Positions 1 through 10,835 of a stretch of 32,294 nucleotides of DNA are shown piece by piece; positions within the stretch are counted from its first letter, which is position 1, and the number at the start of each line of letters is the position of its first letter. This stretch comes from a virus (lineage: Duplodnaviria > Caudoviricetes), in the IMG/VR virus record IMGVR_UViG_3300021425_000103, positions 1 through 32,294 of that record. One strand, written 5' to 3'. The notes below the pieces were generated by a model, which saw only the letters and a list, made by a program, of their open reading frames with translations, was not told where the DNA came from and made no database searches. Made by a program: the position numbers and the translations under genes.

Positions 1-789
1 GTTGCTGTTCATCCTATTGCAATTTCCATTTCAGAAATAGGAACAATAACAGATGTCAAATCTTTGATTATTGTTGAACCGACTATTACGGTATCTCAAA
101 TTTCTCAAAATCAAACATTTATTACAAATGCTGTACAATCAGTACAAGCAAATTCTGTATTGAGAAAAGAAACTCTAGAAGTCCTTCTATTCACTCCACC
201 ATCTGGTGTGATTGATGGATACGAGGAATCAGTAATATTCAGTGATCCAATCTTAACAAGAGCTGGATTTATTGACCTTATTGAACCATATACCGTCACA
301 CAGAGAGATGGAAATATTGTTGCTATCACCAATGCATCAGGAACTTCGACAGAGTATGTCGGTCAATATACAACTGGAAATGCTGGTCCAACACTGAGGA
401 ACTTTGATCAAATTTTAGATGACGGTGTTTGTGATGTTTCTGGACTGTCGTTGCTAAACATTCAATTCTACTATCCAAACTTGACAATTAATGATTTTGT
501 AGAGCGTGCAAATTCTAGTTACACTCTATCAGGTGATTACTTTAATCTTGCTACTGCATCTATCCAAAATCCAGTTGCTATATCTAACACACAAGGATTG
601 ATACCATCTATAATCACTATTCTTGGATCAACCACATATTTCCCAAGTGAAGGATATCTATACACCAGCACTGGAGCAGTTATTAAATATACTGGCACAA
701 CTCAAACAACATTTACTGGTTGCACTCTTTATAGTGGAACCAATCAACTAAATATTGGTGATGAATTGATCCCCTTCTCAATTTCCTAA
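1..789 (+). CDS. gp7: C-terminal part of a large baseplate wedge protein (gp7-like), 5' truncated by the window edge
   Basis: Frame +1 is open from base 1 (VAVHPIAISISEIG...) to TAA at 787-789, so the TTG start at 64 in the ORF track is an artefact. It lies directly upstream of gp8, as gp7 does in T4-like phages. Thr/Ser/Gly-rich structural composition. The name rests mainly on synteny. Confidence 0.65.
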   Translation, partial: VAVHPIAISISEIGTITDVKSLIIVEPTITVSQISQNQTFITNAVQSVQANSVLRKETLEVLLFTPPSGVIDGYEESVIFSDPILTRAGFIDLIEPYTVTQRDGNIVAITNASGTSTEYVGQYTTGNAGPTLRNFDQILDDGVCDVSGLSLLNIQFYYPNLTINDFVERANSSYTLSGDYFNLATASIQNPVAISNTQGLIPSIITILGSTTYFPSEGYLYTSTGAVIKYTGTTQTTFTGCTLYSGTNQLNIGDELIPFSIS

Positions 790-810
790 ATAACTGTATA
801 AATATAAATA
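786..810 (+). promoter_or_regulatory. Stacked T4-type late (gp55-dependent) promoter boxes upstream of gp8
   Basis: CTAAATA at 786-792 and two overlapping perfect TATAAATA at 797-804 and 803-810, 35-60 bp upstream of the ATG at 845. Confidence 0.85.
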
Positions 811-844
811 ACTCAGACACAAATTACGTCGGAACAGAAAACCA

Positions 845-2656
845 ATGGCTGCTATTATCTCTGATAAGTTTAGAATTTTTAATGCGACTCAATTCCTAGA
901 GTCCCTTTCTGAGGGTGCTACTGATACTAGCGCCGAGCGTTCAAGAATGTACTTCTTTGTAGGACGCCCTCAAGAATGGTCCGCATACCTAGAAATCCAT
1001 ACAAAGTCTTCAACCAACTTTAGTGTTGGCAATGAGGTCTTTATTGGAACGTATGGATCAACAGCATTCCGTGCTACGGTTGCTGCTGTTTATGACGGTG
1101 CTTTGCTTCTATCGAGTATTTTTGGAGCAAACGGAATCAGTTCTGTTCCTCCACTAGGCAGCACTCTTCTCGAAACCGCAGATGGTGGTTCCACTACTAC
1201 TAGTGCTACTGCTGTTACTGGAGTCTATCGCTACGCAACCGAAGACATTCCCCCTCTTCCACTAGATAACCAGAACGAAAAGTTTGGTCTTTACGACGAA
1301 ATTATTGCCGCTAAGAGAATTACTACAGCATTTGCTAGAACAGTAATTCGCCGTTACAATTGGGATGTTGTAACAAACCCTAAATTTGATATGTGGAAAC
1401 CTGACTACTCTGCTACCCCTGGTGGCGGTGGTCAAGTTGGTAAGCAGACTGCAACAGGTGCAAATAGTATTGCTGATGCTAAGTTCTATGTAATGAACGG
1501 AACTTATGAAGTCTTTAAGTGCCTCTACAACGGCGAAAATCCAGCAAACCCAGCTGGTCAAAATGCTACTGAGGAACCATCAACAGGTGGAGCAAACTAT
1601 AATGCTGCTACTGGTTTATACACTGAAACTACTGGTGCTGGATACATCTGGAAGTTTATGTATCAACTAGAAATCGATGATGCTATGAGATTCCTCTCAT
1701 CAGATTTCCTTCCCATTGTTCTACCATCAAACACTTCGAGACAAGGAGCAACTGCACTTGCCGTCGATGGTGCTGTTGATGTTGTTCTAGTCGAAAATGC
1801 TGGATTAAATCTTCCTGCTTCACAGACACTATACACCTCCATTAAAGGAGACGGTGCTGGCGGAGTAGTCGCTTTTGATACTGATGGTTCTGGTTCTATC
1901 ACTGCAGCAAGAATTGAAGCAAGAGGATCAGGTTACACCTATGCTAATATCCTTCTTGGCAATGGCAATCTCTTCTCTGATGCTGGTTTAACTTCAGCAG
2001 TTGCAACTGCTGCTAACGCTGTTGGTGCCCTAGAAGCAATTCTACCTCCACAAGGAGGACACGCATCAGACCATGAGCAAGAGTTAAATGGTAAGCGTGT
2101 CATGACCAACATTCGCCTCACCTATGCAGAAGGTCAAGGTGATTTCCCTGTTGATAACGATTTCCGTAGAATTGGTATTATCAGGGACCCATATCTATGG
2201 GGTACTACCGATTATGCAACGCAAGACACCCTTTCGGGTCTTAAAGCAGTCAAGATCACTGGAGCAACTGCAGACTACATTCCTGATGAAACTATTACTC
2301 AGACAGTTACTAACGGAACAGCATATGGAACAGTTGTTTCTTGGACACTAGATCAGGGTTCTACTACTGATGGTGTTCTCAAGTATCTCCAAACAACAAC
2401 TGCACATACCGATCAAGGTGTTGTTCGCGCATTCGAGAGCAATGGTGCAAACGCAATTAGCGGAGGACTATCTGCTGCTTCTGGAACTGTTGATACAGGA
2501 TATGCTGGTTCTCTACTAGGTAAGACCTTTGCATCTGGTCTTGCTGCTCCAGAAATCGAAAACAATTCTGGTGAGGTAATTTACGTCGAGAACCGTCGTC
2601 TTATCACCCGTGCTCAGGACCAGATTGAAGATATCAAACTAGTTATCGAGTTCTGA
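845..2656 (+). CDS. gp8: Baseplate wedge subunit gp8 (603 aa)
   Basis: N-terminus MAAIISDKFRIFNA..FLESL, then YFFVGRPQEW, RTVIRRYNW, FYVMN..YEVFKCLYN, GYIWKFMY, NDFRRIGIIRDP and C-terminal YVENRRLITRAQDQIEDIKLVIEF, all typical of T4-like/cyanophage gp8. Confidence 0.9.
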   Translation: MAAIISDKFRIFNATQFLESLSEGATDTSAERSRMYFFVGRPQEWSAYLEIHTKSSTNFSVGNEVFIGTYGSTAFRATVAAVYDGALLLSSIFGANGISSVPPLGSTLLETADGGSTTTSATAVTGVYRYATEDIPPLPLDNQNEKFGLYDEIIAAKRITTAFARTVIRRYNWDVVTNPKFDMWKPDYSATPGGGGQVGKQTATGANSIADAKFYVMNGTYEVFKCLYNGENPANPAGQNATEEPSTGGANYNAATGLYTETTGAGYIWKFMYQLEIDDAMRFLSSDFLPIVLPSNTSRQGATALAVDGAVDVVLVENAGLNLPASQTLYTSIKGDGAGGVVAFDTDGSGSITAARIEARGSGYTYANILLGNGNLFSDAGLTSAVATAANAVGALEAILPPQGGHASDHEQELNGKRVMTNIRLTYAEGQGDFPVDNDFRRIGIIRDPYLWGTTDYATQDTLSGLKAVKITGATADYIPDETITQTVTNGTAYGTVVSWTLDQGSTTDGVLKYLQTTTAHTDQGVVRAFESNGANAISGGLSAASGTVDTGYAGSLLGKTFASGLAAPEIENNSGEVIYVENRRLITRAQDQIEDIKLVIEF

Positions 2657-2671
2657 TCTCTAGAAACTTCG

Positions 2672-2678
2672 CTAAATA
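2672..2678 (+). promoter_or_regulatory. Late promoter variant CTAAATA upstream of the VrlC-like gene
   Basis: Intergenic GCTAAATAC about 40 bp upstream of ATG 2715; an SD-like GCGGAG precedes the start codon. Confidence 0.7.
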
Positions 2679-2714
2679 CTTCTACGAGAATATTAGTATT
2701 ATCGGCGGAGTACA

Positions 2715-5700
2715 ATGCCTCAGAAGACTAACCTTAATGCATCACCATACTACGATGACTTTGACGTAAATAAGAATTTTTATAAAATTCTTTTCCGTCC
2801 TGGTTACTCTATTCAAGGTAGGGAATTAACTCAACTACAATCGATTCTACAAAATCAGGTTGAAAGTTTTGGAAAATACGCCTTCAAGCAGGGACAATTA
2901 GTTGTCCCTGGAGAAGTTGGTCTTAATACAAAATTAGACTACGTAAAACTATCCTCTGTTTCTGAAGTTGCTGTTGGGGAAGGAAACAACATCGTATATA
3001 AAAAGTACGATATTTCCTTACTCAAAGGACTACAGATCAGAGGATTAAATTCTGGCGTACTAGCAACCGTTCTCGATGCTAAGACTGCTACAGAAGAAGC
3101 AGCAGACACATTGTATGTAAATTATCTTAACAGTGGTAATTCTAACTCAGAGGGGACCTTCAGGCAAGGAGAAACCATTGAGGTAGTGGATGGTGTAAAT
3201 ACACCGCTAATGGTTGTTGGAACGGACGGTAGCGTCCTCCCAACCAGTATTCAAGTTACCAATCCAGACACAAAAGAAGTTACTTCTCTAGAAAGTCCAG
3301 CAATGGGTTATGCTTCTGCTGTAAAAGTAGAAGAAGGCATTTATTTTGTTAATGGATTCTTTGTAAGAAATAACGAAGAACTTTTAATTATTGATGAATA
3401 TTATGACAAACCATCTGCAAAAGTTGGTTTTGTTATTAACGAAGAAATTGTAACTCCAGAGGAAGATCCAAGTCTATATGACAATGCTATTGGATCATCG
3501 AACTATACAGCACCTGGAGCTCACAGATTAAAAATTAACCTTTCCTTAAAAGAGTTTGCTGTAGATGCAATCACCGATAGGAATTTTATTCAGTTAATTA
3601 CTGTTCTTAGAGGAGTTATTCAGAAAAAGGTTTCTCCAACAAATTATAGCATACTTGAGCAAACCCTTGCAAGAAGAACATATGATGAAAGTGGAGATTA
3701 TGTTGTAGATAATTTCTCTGTTGATATTAGAGAGTATGCTCAGAAAGATAACAATAATGGAATTTATGCAGTAGATGACATTGGTCTCTACAATGGCATT
3801 TCTGCTAGTGAAGCATCTAGAAAGATGATTGCTAGCATTGGACCAGGAAAAGCATACATTAAAGGTTATGAAATTGTCAATAAAGAGACTAAGTATCTTG
3901 AGATCAATAAAGCAAGAGAAAGTCTATCTAGCGACAATGTAACTCTAAAGACTAGAGGACTTCCAACATTCAATGTTACTAACGTTTATGGTAGCACTCC
4001 ACTAAACAAAGAAGGATCTGATCTTACAGCATATCCTGATGTATTCTTATATTCTACATTTAATGATGGTTCTATTGGACTAAGCAATACAGAAGCATCT
4101 ACAGATCATAGACAAACTTTATCGAGAAGAGGGAAAATTTTCACTTCTAATGATGCAATCAAAACTATTACAATTCAAGTAACTAGTGCTACTAATCCTT
4201 TAGTAGGAATTACTGATGGAACTTTTGAGAGTCAAATTGGAACTTTATATTATGTCACTTCAAGAGATGATGAGGGATCTGCTACTTCTATTGGATCTGT
4301 AACTTCGCTAGCATTTGCATCCGTAAATAGACCTCTCATCAATTCTGCAGAGTCAGTTCAATTCTTAGAATTGACAGTGTTTGGAGACAAAGATGAAGTT
4401 GATCTACTTCTGAGAGAGTATGACGAGGGAGATGCGGGATACTTAAGAAAGTTATACGTCTCGCAATCTGATGCTACCATAGGAGACAATGAACTTGGAT
4501 TTGTTGTTGATTATAGCGATACCATCACTCCTGTAATTGGTAAAGTAAAACCAAGTAATTTCTTTTTACAAAGCAGAGGAGATGGATTTAACCCCGATGC
4601 TGATATCGTTCTATCTAAGGGAAGATTGTCTGCAGGAACTGCTGCTTACAATGCTGTCTTTGGATTCTCTTATTTTGATCCTTCATTCTTTACAAAAATC
4701 CTATTAGACTCCAGAATCCAATCTGGAACTTTTGATGAAGGAAAGTATGTATTCGGATTGACTAGTGGTGCATATGGTGTAGTTGAAGGAGCTCCAAGTG
4801 GAGTATATACTACGACTACTATGCTTTTCGTAAAAACTTTATCTGGTAACTTTGTTTCTGGTGAAACAATTAGAGATGAAGATGGAAATACTCTCAAGAT
4901 TGCAAAGGACAATACTATTTCACACTTTGTTGTTCAGAACAGAGGTCTTGGATATTCTACACTATCAACGCTGCTGATCAATGGAGTTGAGTATGATTCG
5001 TCCAAAATCGAACTTTCATTTTCTGGACAAGATGCAACTGGTAAAATTTATAAAGCAGAAGTAAAAGACAGAAATTCTGTTAATATTGAATACTCACAAC
5101 CACCAGCAGTAACTGTATTACAGGCAGAACAAGTTGCACAACCACAAACAGCTGCTGCAATTGTTCCAGTTCTGTTTAGAAATTCAGTTACTACATACAC
5201 ACCACAAAATGTAAAATCAATTGGTTGTCAATACGGATCTGGAAATGCAAACACATTCACAGCAGATTTAGTAGTAGATAGTCAAACTTATTCAGAAATT
5301 AAATCAGTAACCGACTTTACTTTCTTTGGAACAAAAGGTTATAAGTTTATCGAATCCACAAGTTTCAGTGCAGACGCTAGTGGTATTTTACAGCAAGGAG
5401 ACATTGTTCAATTCTCCGATGTTGATAACAATCTTGTTAGAGCAGTTGTACAGTATGCAACTGAGCAGTCTGGACCATCTAAGACCAGAGTATATCTAGA
5501 TATCGCTCTACCAGGAGATGTAACAAACACAAGTATTGTTAGACTAAGACCCAAGGTACAGAATCCAAATGCAGGAACTCTAGTCTTCCCAACTGGTAGC
5601 AAGCAAATAGAACAAATTTCTGCTGGTGGTGATGACACCAAGATTAAGTATTACTTCAGAAGAGACTTTGTAACAACTGCATCTTCTGGTGGTGGAACCA

Positions 5701-8700
5701 TTACGTTTGCAGCTCAGTTGCCATTCGGTACTCAGAGATTTGTTGCTTTCAATGAAGATAACTATATTATTACTGTCTTAGATCCAGGTGATGCACCAGA
5801 CTTGACAGTTGGAGATATTGTTTATGTTCCTAATGATAGCGTAGAAATTACTTCCTCTACCGATACTGCTAGTGGTCTTACATCTGGTAGTATTAGTCTT
5901 CAGTTACCATCAACATATTTTGGAACTATTCCTACCAACGGAACATTCCCTAAACTAAAACTTTCATCAACTATTGAAGTTACCAACGCAAAACCAAGAC
6001 TAAAGACTTCTGTAGAAAATAAGAGAATTGTTATTAGTGCATCTGGTGACAGAGTAATTCCTTTCAGAGGAACAGACTACGATAGTGAAGTCGTAGAAAT
6101 TCTAACTTATTCTGATGCGTACAAGTTGAACTTTGTTTATGAGGGAACTGCATCTCAAGCACCAACTATTGATAGTGCTGGTAACTTGATTTCTGGAACT
6201 GATGTTACCGATAGATTCACGTTTGATAATGGACAGAGAGATACTATCCTAGATGTTTCAAGAATTGTTCTAAAACCAGGATTTGAGGCTACCTCTGGTC
6301 AATTGGTAATTTCATTTGATTATTTCGAGCACTCTCAGGGAGACTTCTGTACAATTGATAGTTATCTCCATGAAGCTGGTGTAACAGAAGATAAAATCCC
6401 TGGATTCAATTCTGCTGTCCATGGAAATCTAGAGTTGAAAAATGTAATCGACTTTAGACCAAAAGTTGATAGCAATGCAATTATCCCAGGATTCCAAGAT
6501 CAATCTTCTCTATCAGTAACTACTGGTCAGTTTTCTGGTCCTGGTTCTGTTATTGCTAGCACTCCAGCTCCAGATAACAATCTTGAATATACATTCTCGT
6601 TCAGTCAAATTCAATACCTTGATCGTATTGATGGAGTGTTCTTGAATAAGAAGGGTGAGTTTATCGTCAAAGAAGGTAACTCATCTCTCAATCCAAACAA
6701 ACCAGATCCAATTGAAGATGCAATTCCTCTCTTCTATGCTTATATTCCTGCTTATACATCTTCGAGTAAGAATGTAAGGATTACTCCAGTCGATAACCGT
6801 CGTTACACGATGCGTGACATCGGTAAGTTAGAGAAGCGTATTGAGCGTCTTGAGTATTATACAACACTTAGCATTCTTGAGCAGCAGGCTCTTAACATGC
6901 AAGTTAAAGATAACATTGGATTAGATAGATTTAAGAGTGGATTTTTAGTTGATAATTTTGAGGAACATAGAGTCGGAAACATTTCTTCAGCAGACTACTT
7001 ATGTTCTATTGATAGTCAGCAGTCTGTTTTAAGACCTCAGTCTAAAGAAGATTCTTTCTTATTGAGAGAGATCAATACGAGAGAAGATCAAAGAACAGTT
7101 TCTGGTTATCAAAAGACGGGTAATGTAATTACTCTTCCATACACATCATTATCTTTACTTGGCAACAGTTTTGCTTCTAAGACTCTAAATCCAAATCCAT
7201 TTGTTGTCATTCAATATGTTGGTGATGCTTCTATCAATCCATCTATTGATCAGTGGTATGATGATAATGTAGAACCTTTAATTGTAAATACCAATACAAG
7301 TCTTTACAATATCTTTATTGCAAAAGAGAATGTTAGAGATTCATTCTCCAGTCTATTCAATTCATTCGCCATCAACTGGGTAGGAACTTCTTCGAGTTTC
7401 ACTTCAATTGTTTCCCTTGGAGAAATCAATACTCTAGAAGCAAATGCAACTGTAAGCATGGCGTCTATTGGTAGTTCTTCTAATGTTAATCCACAAAACA
7501 ATGAGGTTGCTAAAGGAGTCCAATCTAAGACTATTGGTAATAGCATTGTTTCCGATTCTCTTCAGTTCTTTGCTAGAAGCATTCCCGTTAGATTTGTCCT
7601 TAGAAGATTAAAACCAAATACTAAAGTTTCTGTATTCTTAGAAGGAAGAAATATTGACAGATGGGTCAATCCAGACTTTAGATTTACTGGAACTGCAACA
7701 AACTCTTTATCAGCATTTAATGGTGATGTTATTACAGATGAAAATGGTAACGCTAGTGGTTTGATTCTAGTTCCTGCAGGACATCCGCCAAGAGAAAACT
7801 CTACTTGGACTGGAGATGTTGATACTGTCGATTATGATTCTTCATTCGAGGAAATAAGAGTAACCGCAGGTGTAAAAACAATTAGATTTACATCCAGTGC
7901 TACTGATGAAAATAAAAATAATGTTGATACATATGCAGAAGTTAAATTCTACGCTACTGGAGTTCTACCACAGAATCCTTCAGGTATCATATCAACAAAA
8001 CCAGCATATTTCAAGGCAAATGAAGGTGTTCAGTTAGTAGATAACAATACAGAAAATCCAATTAGACCAAACCCACTAGCACAAACATTTAAGATTGAAA
8101 ACTATGATGGTGGATTGTTTGTAACTGGTGTCGATCTATTCTTCAATCAAAAGAGTTCTAATATCCCAGTCAAAGTTTATTTGACTGATGTAGAAGGTGA
8201 CAAACCAGGAAAAAATATTGTACCTGGAACAGAAAAAACTCTGACTCCAGATACATATCTGAAAATCTTTACTACTGGAACAGTAACAGTTGATGTTGGC
8301 GAGACGGTAATTGGATCTAGTTCTGCTGCAAGTGGTCCTATCAAAAAGATCATTGACAAGAATGGTGTTGAATTGATTCCATCTTCAACTGGAAAGATTG
8401 CAATAACAAATGAGCAAGTATATACTTTAGTGTTGAGTAATCACAATGGAAGATCTTTCCAACAGAATGAAAATCTAACCATTGGTTCTGTCACCACTAC
8501 TAACAATACAAATGGAACTAACTTCACAGTAAGTATCGCTAAAAACAGCGGTAAGGTTTCTGATATAAAAATCACGAACCCAGGAGCAAATTATGATAGT
8601 GCTATCTTGACAATTGAAAGTCCTCAAATTCCAGGAGGATCAGTAGCTACTGCAAGAATCGATGTTTCAGACGGCAAGATCTATAATGCAGAAGTGGTCC

Positions 8701-10826
8701 TCAATGGTTTTGGATACACAGAACCACCAGCTGTTGTAATCAAAGGCATTGGAAATGGTGCAGGAGGATGCGAAGTAGAGACATTCATTGATATTGATAC
8801 TCCAGCAGTTAGAATGGGCGTTGCAATCGACGACATCGAGGTTTCTGGTGCAATTGAGTCTTCTACTCCAACTTACTTTGCATTTGATAATCCAATCTAT
8901 CTACAAAATGATACTGAGTATGCACTAGCAGTAGAAACAGATTCTGTTGATTATGCTATTTGGGCTTCTCGTCTAGGAGAAACTGATATAGCTACGAATA
9001 CAGTTATTACCACACAACCATCTCTGGGTTCTGTCTATAGATCGCAAAATATCGATAACTGGACAGAAGATATCTTTGAGGATATTAAATTTACTCTATA
9101 CAGAGCAGAGTTTAGTATTACAAGACCAGCAGAACTTGTTCTTACTAATGACAAGTTAGGTTATGAGAAACTGGATAATAATCCATTCAAGACAGATGCA
9201 TCTTCTAATACAAATGCAACTTCCCTATTGTTTGGCAACAACAATTCTATTGTTAAAGTCTTACATAGAGATAACGGATTTGAGCAAGGAGGAAAATCTT
9301 ATGTATTCTATAGAGGAGCAAAAGAGACTGCTGGTATTACTGCAGAAACATTAAATAGTGTATTGTTCCAGGTTGATAATTCTGGAATTGATACTTATAC
9401 CATTAGATCAACAAACCAATCTGCTGGCAATGCTGTTGGTGGTGGTTCAGATGTTTATGCAACTTACAACAGAAAATTCGAGACTCTATATCCACAAGTT
9501 CATTATCTATCATTTACTGGCACTACGTTAGAATCTTCTGTTAAAACCACAAATGTAATTCCTGTAGATTCTTCTACTACAAATTACACATCATATTCTC
9601 AGACAGGTTATGAAAAGACATTCTTGAATGAACCACATTATTTCACAAACCAAAAGATGATTTGTTCTGCTATCAATGAGACTCTCAATAGTATCGATAA
9701 ATCTTTAGAGTACAAGTTGTCTCTATCATCTACTGTTTCATATCTGTCTCCACTTGTCGATTTGTCTTCTTGTTCTGTCAAGACAATAAGCAATAGAATT
9801 GAGAATGGTTCTGGAACTGAAGATCGTTATGGAAGAAGAAATCAAGTTATTTCATTCTATCGTGTTTACAGTTTCACTCTGACTGGTAATCAAAACACAG
9901 AGATTCAGACAAATCAAACAATTAAAGGGAAGACCTCAAAGGCTGCTGGAACTATTGCTAAGATTGATGGATCTACCGTTTTTGTTAGAATCAAAACCTC
10001 TCAGATCTTCGAGAAAGGCGAGGGAGTTGATCTAGGAAATCAACTCTCACTATCTGGTGTCACTGTTGATAGTGCTTTGACTCAAATAATTACCAGCATT
10101 AATGATGCATCTGTAATTGTTGCTAGAAATCCATCTATCATTCTAGAAACATATGAAAATATCATTACTGGTAGAGCAGTTATCTGGAATAATAAAACAC
10201 AGGAACTAACTGTAAGAAATGATGCTAGACCTATCAATGATGATTACAACGGAAGAATTATCGACAACGTTCTATTCAATAGAAATGCTGTTGTAAATGC
10301 TCAAGTTGCTGATATCTTCCGTGTTGGAGATTTTGTTAAGTATCCCGATCAACCAGATGATGAAGCATCTTTCCTAGAAATCTCCACTGTATCATACACT
10401 AATGGTGTTGAGTTTGTAGCAGAAAATACTTCTAAGAATAGTTCTTCGGTTGCTAAGTATGTTACCAAGGAAGTATCTATTTCAAGTCCTGCTACAACGA
10501 TTGATGTTAGATTGACTGCTAACCTCAAGGATGTATCTAACGTTGCTGTCTTGTACAAGTTCAAGAAAGCATCGAGTCAAGAAAACTTTGATGACATTGA
10601 TTGGCAGTATTTCAATGTAGATGGATCTCCTGATACTTTAGAAATTGCAAACCCTGAAAATACAATTTCTTCAATTGTAGAGAAGCAAAGTTCATATCAA
10701 GAACTAGCATTCAGTGTTTCTGATCTACCAGAGTTTTCGTCCTTTGCAGTGAAGGTAGTTATGAAAGGAGTAGATCCAGCATTCGTTCCAAAAATACAAG
10801 ATATCCGAGCTGTTGCATCGTTCTAA
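2715..10826 (+). CDS. Large virion structural protein, VrlC-like / DUF4815 family (2703 aa)
   Basis: N-terminus MPQKTNLNASPYYDDF...FRPGYSIQGRELTQLQSILQNQ; APGAHRLKI; LARRTYDESGDY; YTMRDIGKLEKRIERLEYYTTLS; DRFKSGFLVDNF; PLAQTF; C-terminal PKIQDIRAVA. These are the hallmark motifs of the VrlC-like protein that follows gp8 in cyanomyoviruses. Confidence 0.85.
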   Translation: MPQKTNLNASPYYDDFDVNKNFYKILFRPGYSIQGRELTQLQSILQNQVESFGKYAFKQGQLVVPGEVGLNTKLDYVKLSSVSEVAVGEGNNIVYKKYDISLLKGLQIRGLNSGVLATVLDAKTATEEAADTLYVNYLNSGNSNSEGTFRQGETIEVVDGVNTPLMVVGTDGSVLPTSIQVTNPDTKEVTSLESPAMGYASAVKVEEGIYFVNGFFVRNNEELLIIDEYYDKPSAKVGFVINEEIVTPEEDPSLYDNAIGSSNYTAPGAHRLKINLSLKEFAVDAITDRNFIQLITVLRGVIQKKVSPTNYSILEQTLARRTYDESGDYVVDNFSVDIREYAQKDNNNGIYAVDDIGLYNGISASEASRKMIASIGPGKAYIKGYEIVNKETKYLEINKARESLSSDNVTLKTRGLPTFNVTNVYGSTPLNKEGSDLTAYPDVFLYSTFNDGSIGLSNTEASTDHRQTLSRRGKIFTSNDAIKTITIQVTSATNPLVGITDGTFESQIGTLYYVTSRDDEGSATSIGSVTSLAFASVNRPLINSAESVQFLELTVFGDKDEVDLLLREYDEGDAGYLRKLYVSQSDATIGDNELGFVVDYSDTITPVIGKVKPSNFFLQSRGDGFNPDADIVLSKGRLSAGTAAYNAVFGFSYFDPSFFTKILLDSRIQSGTFDEGKYVFGLTSGAYGVVEGAPSGVYTTTTMLFVKTLSGNFVSGETIRDEDGNTLKIAKDNTISHFVVQNRGLGYSTLSTLLINGVEYDSSKIELSFSGQDATGKIYKAEVKDRNSVNIEYSQPPAVTVLQAEQVAQPQTAAAIVPVLFRNSVTTYTPQNVKSIGCQYGSGNANTFTADLVVDSQTYSEIKSVTDFTFFGTKGYKFIESTSFSADASGILQQGDIVQFSDVDNNLVRAVVQYATEQSGPSKTRVYLDIALPGDVTNTSIVRLRPKVQNPNAGTLVFPTGSKQIEQISAGGDDTKIKYYFRRDFVTTASSGGGTITFAAQLPFGTQRFVAFNEDNYIITVLDPGDAPDLTVGDIVYVPNDSVEITSSTDTASGLTSGSISLQLPSTYFGTIPTNGTFPKLKLSSTIEVTNAKPRLKTSVENKRIVISASGDRVIPFRGTDYDSEVVEILTYSDAYKLNFVYEGTASQAPTIDSAGNLISGTDVTDRFTFDNGQRDTILDVSRIVLKPGFEATSGQLVISFDYFEHSQGDFCTIDSYLHEAGVTEDKIPGFNSAVHGNLELKNVIDFRPKVDSNAIIPGFQDQSSLSVTTGQFSGPGSVIASTPAPDNNLEYTFSFSQIQYLDRIDGVFLNKKGEFIVKEGNSSLNPNKPDPIEDAIPLFYAYIPAYTSSSKNVRITPVDNRRYTMRDIGKLEKRIERLEYYTTLSILEQQALNMQVKDNIGLDRFKSGFLVDNFEEHRVGNISSADYLCSIDSQQSVLRPQSKEDSFLLREINTREDQRTVSGYQKTGNVITLPYTSLSLLGNSFASKTLNPNPFVVIQYVGDASINPSIDQWYDDNVEPLIVNTNTSLYNIFIAKENVRDSFSSLFNSFAINWVGTSSSFTSIVSLGEINTLEANATVSMASIGSSSNVNPQNNEVAKGVQSKTIGNSIVSDSLQFFARSIPVRFVLRRLKPNTKVSVFLEGRNIDRWVNPDFRFTGTATNSLSAFNGDVITDENGNASGLILVPAGHPPRENSTWTGDVDTVDYDSSFEEIRVTAGVKTIRFTSSATDENKNNVDTYAEVKFYATGVLPQNPSGIISTKPAYFKANEGVQLVDNNTENPIRPNPLAQTFKIENYDGGLFVTGVDLFFNQKSSNIPVKVYLTDVEGDKPGKNIVPGTEKTLTPDTYLKIFTTGTVTVDVGETVIGSSSAASGPIKKIIDKNGVELIPSSTGKIAITNEQVYTLVLSNHNGRSFQQNENLTIGSVTTTNNTNGTNFTVSIAKNSGKVSDIKITNPGANYDSAILTIESPQIPGGSVATARIDVSDGKIYNAEVVLNGFGYTEPPAVVIKGIGNGAGGCEVETFIDIDTPAVRMGVAIDDIEVSGAIESSTPTYFAFDNPIYLQNDTEYALAVETDSVDYAIWASRLGETDIATNTVITTQPSLGSVYRSQNIDNWTEDIFEDIKFTLYRAEFSITRPAELVLTNDKLGYEKLDNNPFKTDASSNTNATSLLFGNNNSIVKVLHRDNGFEQGGKSYVFYRGAKETAGITAETLNSVLFQVDNSGIDTYTIRSTNQSAGNAVGGGSDVYATYNRKFETLYPQVHYLSFTGTTLESSVKTTNVIPVDSSTTNYTSYSQTGYEKTFLNEPHYFTNQKMICSAINETLNSIDKSLEYKLSLSSTVSYLSPLVDLSSCSVKTISNRIENGSGTEDRYGRRNQVISFYRVYSFTLTGNQNTEIQTNQTIKGKTSKAAGTIAKIDGSTVFVRIKTSQIFEKGEGVDLGNQLSLSGVTVDSALTQIITSINDASVIVARNPSIILETYENIITGRAVIWNNKTQELTVRNDARPINDDYNGRIIDNVLFNRNAVVNAQVADIFRVGDFVKYPDQPDDEASFLEISTVSYTNGVEFVAENTSKNSSSVAKYVTKEVSISSPATTIDVRLTANLKDVSNVAVLYKFKKASSQENFDDIDWQYFNVDGSPDTLEIANPENTISSIVEKQSSYQELAFSVSDLPEFSSFAVKVVMKGVDPAFVPKIQDIRAVASF

Positions 10827-10835
10827 TTTCCGCGT

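Noticed and set aside
2675-2700. Weak hairpin (AATACTTCT-ACG-AGAATATT) overlapping the late box upstream of the VrlC-like gene
   Set aside because: AT-rich, bulged and without a T tract; not convincing as a terminator.
2715-10826. VrlC label taken as evidence of a virulence factor
   Set aside because: The name is historical, from the Dichelobacter vrl locus; in this context the protein is best read as a virion structural protein.
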